This document shows, one piece after another, positions 56,108 to 64,000 of a stretch of DNA of 64,000 nucleotides; positions within the stretch are counted from its first letter, which is position 1, and each line of letters opens with the position of its first letter. Position numbers and translations under genes: made by a program. The notes beneath the pieces were generated by a model. The model was not told the DNA's origin. It worked only from the letters and a program-made list of their open reading frames with translations, and did no database searches. The stretch comes from Felis catus (taxonomy: Eukaryota): positions 114,454,001 through 114,518,000 of the forward strand of contig NC_058373.1 in the NCBI RefSeq assembly GCF_018350175.1, written 5' to 3'.

Positions 56108-56670
56108 GCAGCACAAATGGGAGCTACACTGTGATATATAGACAGCATAACGTATAGAATTATCAAGAATCTCTATTTGACACCTGAAACTAATGGAATG
56201 CTGTGTGTCAACTAGACTTCAATTAAACAATAAAAGACAGCACAGCCAAATAGAGCACCAGGGACAATCTTTTGTTCCTGTGTAGGGCTGATTCTGATGG
56301 GCGGGCTCCACTGCTTATCAAAAGAGGCCAATAAATTCCATAGGGATAGTCTCATCTCAAAGGACTCAAAGTATGATCAGTGTTTCAGTCTCAAGACCGC
56401 GAGCTCCTACCCTCACAAGCAGACACTGTCAGTAGTTTACAGGATCATCCACAAAGGCTTTATGCCAGAGTATCCCTGGAAGGACACACAAGGACCTGCA
56501 ACAGTGGCTCCCTCCAGGGAAGGGATCTGGGGCCTCCTGGATGAGGAGGGAAGGACATTTGCTTTTCAAAGAACACCCTTTTGTTTCTTTTGAATTTTAT
56601 ACCATACACAGTCATTACTTATTTAAAAAAAAAAAAAAAGAGCTCTGCAAATATTAGAAAAGTGTGCCTA

Positions 56671-57159
56671 GGGGAGGTGGCACCTGGGTGGCTCAGCCGG
56701 TTGAGCATCTGACTTCAATTCAGGTCATGATCTTAACAGTTCGTGAGTTCCAGCCCCGCGTCAGGCTCCGTGCTGACAGCTCAGGGCCTGGAGCCTGCTT
56801 CGGATTCTGTGTCTCCCTCTCTCTCTGCCCCTCCCCTGCTCATGCTCTATCTCTCTCTGTCTCTCAAAAATAAATAAATGCTAAAAAAAAAAAAAAAAAA
56901 AAATTTTTTTAAAAGTCTGCCTGTGGGGCGCCTGGGTGGCTCAGTCAGTTAAGCGGCCGACTTCGGCTCAGGTCATGATCTCTCAGTCCGAGAGTTCGAG
57001 CCCTGCGTCGGGCTCTGTGCTGACAGCTCGGAGCCTGGAGCCTATTTTGGATTCTGTGTCTCCCTCCCTCTCTCTGACCCTCCCCCGTTCATGCTCTGTG
57101 TGTCTCTCTGTCTCAAAAATAAATAAATGTTAAAAAAAAAAATAAAATTAAAAAAAAAA
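56671..57159 (+). mobile_element. Two tandem Can-SINEs (56671-56910 and 56925-57159)
   Basis: Target aaaagt(g/c)tgcct is present three times. Confidence 0.92.
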
Positions 57160-58519
57160 GTCTGCCTGAAAACATGTACATTTATCTAAGTCAGACCTCT
57201 GGGGTAGGATATAGGGAACTTCCCATTTCTCTGGGAATTTTTTTTTTTTTTTGTCGGGGAGAGGGATCAGTGCTCATGTATTATCGGGGGGTCGGGGGGA
57301 GGGAAACACAGAAATTTCCAAAATAAAAAAGAACAATAAAAAAGATTAAAAAAAGGAAAAAAGTATCCCATCTACTTAAAAGAATGAGCAAGACAATCAA
57401 ATATTACATAGAGAAAGGGATGTGAAAAACTTTCAAGTGCTTCATCAGGGTCCACTATAACCAAGAAAGTCATCGTCAGGGGCGAAGACGAGGATAAACC
57501 ATCCACCCCGATAGTCAGTACCCGTTAACTGCGGAGGAAGAGGAAGGGCAAAACGCCCCTGGCCAAGTGGCCCCAGAAAACCCCCCATCTAGGATCTAAG
57601 CATCTTAAAGACGGAACATGGCTTCTCCTTCTCCATCCCCCTCCCTGCAGTAGAACAACCAGGAACCTGATCTAGGCTCTAAGTAAAACGTCAGGTCTTC
57701 AACCCCGAGACCCCCACCCCCCTGCCCCGCGGTTGCCCAGATGCCAGCCAGGGTCCACCCCTCCTCTGCCGCCGCTGGCCGCAGTGGGAGAGCGTCAGGC
57801 CAGGGCCCCCCTGAAAGGGCCAGGCCAGCACGCGTGCACAGGGCTCAGTTCTCTGCAGTAGCTGCCGGCACAGCCAGGGTACCTTCTCTCCCTCGGGCCA
57901 CCCTGGAGACCCTCTGGTCCCCACACGCTGCCAGTGCCGCCAGGGCGTGGGCACTGGTTGGTGTTTCTAGGCGAAGAGCTGCCCGGAAGTGATCTCAGAT
58001 GCCCGCTGTTCTGGTAACATAAACAGGAGTATCTGGTTAACTGATCAAGGGCACGCTGCCAGCCTTTCAAAGCAAGCTGTCAGCTGGCTCGCTCAAAGAT
58101 GAAAAGCAGAGTCTTCAAGAACATCTCCACCCAGATCTATTTACTTTCTCCCCACCTGGGAGTGGTTGCTGACGAAGTTGAGAACCACCAGGCAGTTTCC
58201 TCTGTTTGGAAAGGGTACCTCTAACAGCTTGGCCCCCCCACCCCCCTCCCCGGGTCATGTAAGTGCTGGGGTCCTGGAAACTCAGGGCCGCGGGGACATC
58301 CAAGGGAGCTAGCTAGACTTTGGAACTGGGCGGAGCTGGTTCACCTCTCACTAGCTCTCTTTGGACAGGATTCTCAGTCTCAGCCTCAGGATGCCCACCT
58401 GTAAAATGGGAATAACAAGACCTACACAGCCCAGCATCAGAAAGGACCAAATTATATCTCACATGCTCAATTAAAGACATCCTGGTGCTGGGTTCACAGC
58501 AGGCACTTAAAAAAATTTT

Positions 58520-58750
58520 TAATCTAGAGGCAAACCATAAGAAACTCTGAAATACAGAGAACAAACTGAGGGTTGCTGGGGCGTAGGGGGTGGGGAATGG
58601 GCTAGATGGGGGATGGGCATTAAAGAGGGCACTTGTTAGGATGGGCACTGGGTGTTAAATGCAAGTGATGAATCACTAAATTCTACTCCTGAAACCATCT
58701 TTACCCTATATGTTAACTAACTTGGATTTAAATACAATTAAAAAAAAAAA
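58520..58750 (+). mobile_element. Carnivore L1 3' end, 5'-truncated
   Basis: gcaaaccataaga.actct..aatacagagaacaaactgagggttg...gatgaatcactaaattctactcctgaaacc..tatatgttaactaac, then an A tail. Confidence 0.85.
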
Positions 58751-59359
58751 ATCTTCATCCAGCTGGCCTCTGTCACTCGCGGGCAACGTGACTTTAATTA
58801 ACCTGTCGAGGCCTCAGTCGCTTCACCTGACAAATGGGGACACATAATATCCCTACTTTGCAGATTGTTGTCAAAATGAGGGCAGTGGAAGCAAAACAGA
58901 ACAGAGCCAGAGCCCAGAAATGTCCGCGGTCACACGGCTCTCACTTCCCATCCCTTTCTGTTTAATCAAGGTTAATCATTCACGGAGCTCCACAGGCCGA
59001 AGGAAAGAGGTCCTGTTATTTATTTCACCACTGATGGGGAAACCTCGAGACCAGCCTCCCAGCCGGAGTGGGGAGACTAGACAGGGGAGCAGGAACCTGT
59101 CTGTTTCCTGGTTTATGTCCACCTGCAGCCCATGTCCGGAGACAAAAGGGTCACCACGGAGTAAGGGGGCCACATGGCTCATCCTGCAAAGTGGTTTGGC
59201 CTAACGAACACACCCCGGTTAGAGAGCCCAGGCACCCCCTTCCTGACAAGGACCCCAGAAAGTAGATCGTGGCCTGGATAGCGCAGCACCTTTCCGCCAG
59301 TGTGGATGGAACCTGCAGGCTCCTGAGATAATCTGGAGCGGTTTTAAAAGTCAGGTGGT

Positions 59360-59572
59360 GGGGCACCTGGGTGGCTCGGTAGGTTAAGTGTCCGACTTCG
59401 GCTCAGGTCATGATCTGGCGGTTCGTGGGTTTGAGCCCCGCATTGGGCTCTGTGCTGACAGCCCAGAGCCTGAAGCCTGCTTCAAATTCTGTGTCTCAGT
59501 CTCTCTCTGCCCCTCCCCCACTTGTGTTCTGTCTCTCTCAAAAATGAATAAACATTTCAAAAAAAAAAAAAA
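59360..59572 (+). mobile_element. Can-SINE
   Basis: TSD aaaagtcaggtgg. Confidence 0.92.
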
Positions 59573-59919
59573 GTCAGGTGGCACATGATCTCAGTGAAGC
59601 AGCAAGGACCGTCCTCTTAGCTCGTAGCCAGTAAGAGTCGGCTGCCCCCGCAAATCTACCACCTCCACAGCCTGGCCTGGCTTCTTCCAGAGACCAAACG
59701 ACGACCATCTAGCCATCAGCAGGCTCTGTCAACTATGGCCTTTGTAAGCCGGATTCACGGAGTCGCAGTTTCCACATCAGTAAGACAAAGACACATCTGA
59801 GTGTCTCTTCTACTTGGTTGTTGTGAGGGAGTGTTGTGTGAGCTACTGCAATAGTCTTAGCCCAGTGCTGGACACAGATGAAGTGCTCACTAAATGTTGA
59901 AATCCACAGAAAGCAAAGT

Positions 59920-60160
59920 ACTGGTTGCTTAGGGCCGGAAGCAGGGGAGAAAGGGGGTGCAGCTAAGGGGCACAGGGTCTCTTTTTGAGGTGATGAAAAT
60001 GTTCTCAAACGAACAGTGGTGCTGGTTGCAAAGCTATGAATATGCTAACAACCATTCAACCATACCCTCCAAATGGGTGAACCGTATGTAAATTATATCT
60101 CAAAAAAGTTATAAATAAAATAAAATAAAAAAATAAAAAAATAAAAAATAAAATAAAATA
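59920..60160 (+). mobile_element. Old L1 3' terminal fragment
   Basis: tggttgcttaggg..ggtgatgaaaatgttct..aaatgggtgaa..gtaaattatatctcaa, then an A-rich tail. Confidence 0.7.
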
Positions 60161-63100
60161 TCCAGACCCCACTAAGCCTTTTACCAAGATGTTGTTGTTG
60201 TTCTTTACCCATTAGTCCCACTGGCAAGAAACCAGTCAAAAAGGCAGGCCCTGGACCATCCCCCTCTCCAGGCACTGAGGTCACTGATGGGACTACCCAG
60301 CTACTGACAGTGGCCCAAAAGCAAGCGAGGATGAAGATTCCAAGGTGAGAGGGGCTGCTCTCATCTTTGGCCACATGGAGCACTTGAGCCAGGCCTGAAC
60401 TGTGAGCCTGAGGTACCACTGGCCTTGACCAAGCCTCCCCAAGGAGGAACTACTCTGAAGGGCAGGTCACAGCCCGGGGCATCTCCTCCTTCGGGCCACA
60501 CTTCACACCAGTCCACAGCAGGGCGACACCGTGCTCTGGAGGCCACCGTGAGAACAACCTAACCTGCCCCCACGACTGCCCCTGGGCTTGGTCCCGCCTG
60601 TAACACCTCCCCCATGTCTGGAGTCCAACGTCTGGAGCCCTTGCAGGTCTGATAACGCACAGGCCTCGGCAGGCCATAGCTCACAGAAGTAGCCCACGCA
60701 TTCCTTTCCCAAAGAAGGAAAAGCCACCCAAAAGTGAGGTCATTTGGTTTTTCTGGCTCAGATGTTGACAGCTATGGGCCACTCGGTTCCATAGAAAACT
60801 TCCCAGATGAAAAAGGATTTGGCCCAGCCTGGCATTCAGAAAATATGGGGATCTGTGGTCTGACTGAGTGGACCCTAACTGGACTCCTCTGCGTAGCTGA
60901 GGAGTGACCCCTTGACTTCATATCTCAGAGCCTCGATCTGTGAAAGCACGCTCAGCAGAAATGGTCCTGCAAGAGGAAGGAAGCAAACTGTATTCGAAAT
61001 GGTCAGCTGGCCAAAAGGTCACCTCGGTGCCTGGAGTGTTCCTGAGTCTGGGCCAGCAGGATCTAGCAGGCACTGTGCCCCAGTTCCTCCCGGCCCCAGA
61101 CTCCTTGACCCAGTCAAGGGCACATGACCAATAGGACCCCAGACTTAAGCCAATGCCACAGTGTTACCCACCTCCCTCCTCAGGACCTGCCACCCAGCAG
61201 CCACAGGACCTCACACCAAACACAGGTAGAAACATGGCCTCCCAAGGGAAAGCTCAAAGCTCCGGGGGAATCCAGAGCCCTCAGGAAGGCAGAGACACCC
61301 CGAGAAGAAAGCAGGGTTGGGGGCACAAGCTCAGAGCCCCACAAGTATGGAAGTGTGACAAGCCACAAGGAATCACCCCAGTGACTGGTGGCCTGGCAGG
61401 CAGGGTGGAGCACAGACTTCCTAAGAGGCATCAACAGACCGTGTCTATACCCTGCCACTCCCTGTGACAGAAGACCTCCATAATTCTCATCCATGACAGC
61501 AATTACCTTCTGCCTAAGAGGAAGTTTCTGGTTCCTGAAGCACTGAATGGAGGAAGGGAACAAGAGGCGTGGCACTTTGAGTTCCTCCTGAGTTGCATAT
61601 AAAACAATAATTTATCTCTCTACACTGAACAGACTGGTAAGCAGTTAGGATGTCACTGGGGTGGAGGGACCCAAGAGCCCTCACGCCCTGCTGGAGGGCA
61701 CACTGCAGCCATTCTAGAGCTCAGTCCAGCACTGTATTGTGAAATAGGATGTGCACCTACCCCACTACCCACAATTCCTGCCAGGAAATCCGTCCCCCTC
61801 CAAGAAATCCTCCCGTGGGGAATGCTGGGTATGTAGGAGAATGTTCATCATTCCATTAGCTGTGCTGGCAGGGGAGGGGTCGGGGGCGATTTCCATGTTC
61901 ATTGTAGGAAGACCGTGGGGTAAAAATGTGACTCATGTGACCTTGCACAGACCTGCAATGACAGTGGGCCACGAGCCGAGGGCCTAATTAAGTCCGTTCT
62001 CTTTACTTGAAGTCCAAGAAAATAGTTTCTTCTCCCCAAACCCAAACACAGATCAGCACATCATAAAGCAACACAGAAATCCCAAAACCCCTTTATTAAG
62101 GGGCCAAAGACAACACGTGAGCCAAGGAAAACCCCACCCAGGCCCAGACTGTGTGGCCTACTGCCGTCACTGTCCCCGTAGCCTGTCCACTAGACCCGTC
62201 AGAAGTGTGGGAACCGGCAGCCAGCACAGCAGGCCTGTTGGCCAGGTAGCCAGCCAACAAGTCAGCGTGGCCAGCCCGGCTCGAGGGACAGGGCAGCCAG
62301 GGGTTCAGCAGCAGGAAGCAGGAAGCAGCAGGCTGGGGAACAGGAATGTGTCTACAGAGAAGTCCAGATTTCCAGAAGGGTGAGAAAGGGCCGCTGCAGG
62401 TAGATCTGACCAGGACCCTCCAACTCTGCTGGGACAGGGCAGGACACGGGGAGCTTCTGAGTGAATGTATTCAGAGGCTTCCTTGAAGCTGTGAGATCCA
62501 CACCCCTCTATCCCCCAGCACAGGACTTACCCTCAGAAACTGGGCAGTGGGAGAAAAAAGCTGCAGGGAGCAGGGACAGCCAGTGGGCACCACAGCCGCC
62601 CCCAAACCTCGGTCCAGAGAAAAACAGTGTCCAGCCCTCACGATGGGGGCACTGAAGCAAAGTGGACCTCTGGTCCAGAGGGGAGGAGAGAGGGAAGGAG
62701 ATCAAAGATGTGGCTATTATTATCGCTCAGAGAGGCATTTACCACCTCAGCAAATCTGCTCAACAATCCTATGCTAGAGGAGGAGACTGACGGTCAGAGG
62801 GGTTACACAACCTTCCCTGTCACACAGCTAGGCAGAGGCAGAACTGACATTTGAACCGGGGTCTATAGGACACCCAAGCCTGAGCCCTGTCCACTATGCT
62901 GGTGCTGAGGCTTCCAGGCAAGCCTTCTACCTTCAGAGTGGCAAGTAATGAGGGATCTGACAGCACCACCCAGCTTTGCCCACCATCCTGCACCAGTCCC
63001 GGGTCTGCTCAGAGCCACGCGGGGACCTGTGCGGCTGTCCTCAGGCAGTCCCTGGGCCTGGATCAGGGAGGTAGCTAAAGGGCAGCCCAGGACACCAGGC

Positions 63101-63551
63101 TAAGAATCACACACCCCCCCCACCCCGGCCCAGTGCTCATCCAGCCACGAGAGAAGGTCCTGGGCCTGGTGGCTCCCAAGGGATGCAGAATGGGCTGGGC
63201 AAGTTTTTCTTCTAAGTCTCAGTTTTAGGGAGGTGGAAAGAGGTTTGAACTCCTGTCTCTTTTGGCTTTCTGAACACAAAGCCCATTGAGAGAGACCAGG
63301 AATATAATTAAAAGGACAGCCAAGGCGGGGGTGTGTATGCCAGAGTGTGGGCAACTGGCTTGTTGGGGCTTGGACTGGCCTGATGTCAGCAGCCTCCCCT
63401 ACAGCGGTCCACTGTGGGTGCTCCTGACTCGCGCAGGCTCTAGGATCCCCCGGCCTGTGAGCCAGGAGCCAGATTCGCATGGGGGTCACACGATGAGCTC
63501 CTAATTCAAGGAGCCTTTAGTCTGCCGGGGATGCCAAAAAGTCGTATCAAT

Positions 63552-63763
63552 GGGGGCGCCTGGGTGGCTCAGTTGGTTAAGCATCTGACTTTGGCTCAGG
63601 TCATGATCTCACAGTTCACAAGTTCAAGCCCCGGGTTGGGCTCTGTGCTGACAGCTCAGAGCCTGGAACCTGCTTCAGATTCTAACTCCCTCTTTCTCTG
63701 CCCCTCCCCAGCTCGTGCACTCTCTCTCTCTCAAAAATAAACATTAAAAAAAAAAAAAAAAAA
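63552..63763 (+). mobile_element. Can-SINE
   Basis: Head, (CT)n tract, A tail; TSD core gtatcaatg. Confidence 0.9.
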
Positions 63764-64000
63764 CACCTGGTATCAATGACTGTATATTTGCAAACTGAGT
63801 TTAAAGGCATACGGGAAAAGTTTCAGAAGGTGTAAGGCTAAAACAGGGCCCTAACCCGGTCGTGCGTATGTGTGTGTGAGCAGGTGTGTGTACCCACACC
63901 CAACTGCTGCCCTGAGGAAGTCAGTGAATTTTTAAAGCCGAGGAATTTTAATTAGATGAAAAGACTGTAAATGTGAAGAGAGATCATATAATTTATCATC

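Overview
This is mammalian genomic DNA, almost certainly from a felid (it is dense in feliform-type Can-SINEs). It holds most of ACTN1 (alpha-actinin-1) on the minus strand: coding exons 2-21 with canonical AG/GT boundaries, the mutually exclusive NM (19a) and SM (19b) EF-hand exons, the stop codon at 2999-3001 and the 3' UTR. Exon 1 lies beyond the right edge. The NM-isoform exons here total 2574 nt in a continuous frame. Introns carry about 27 Can-SINE copies or fragments plus L1, L2, MIR, LTR and hAT relics. Two unexpected features stand out. (1) An 81-nt decayed duplicate of exon 8 (25808-25888) bears the residues diagnostic of the alpha-actinin 8b exon. It keeps intact splice sites, a long AG-free pyrimidine tract and nearby RBFOX motifs, but now encodes premature stops, so it is a candidate poison exon. 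(2) A ~0.5 kb SINE/unique-spacer/SINE cassette from intron 10 has been copied, inverted, into intron 7, making an inverted repeat that brackets exons 8-10. No prokaryotic systems, CRISPR arrays or true RNA genes are supported. Repeat boundaries and family names are by eye and approximate.
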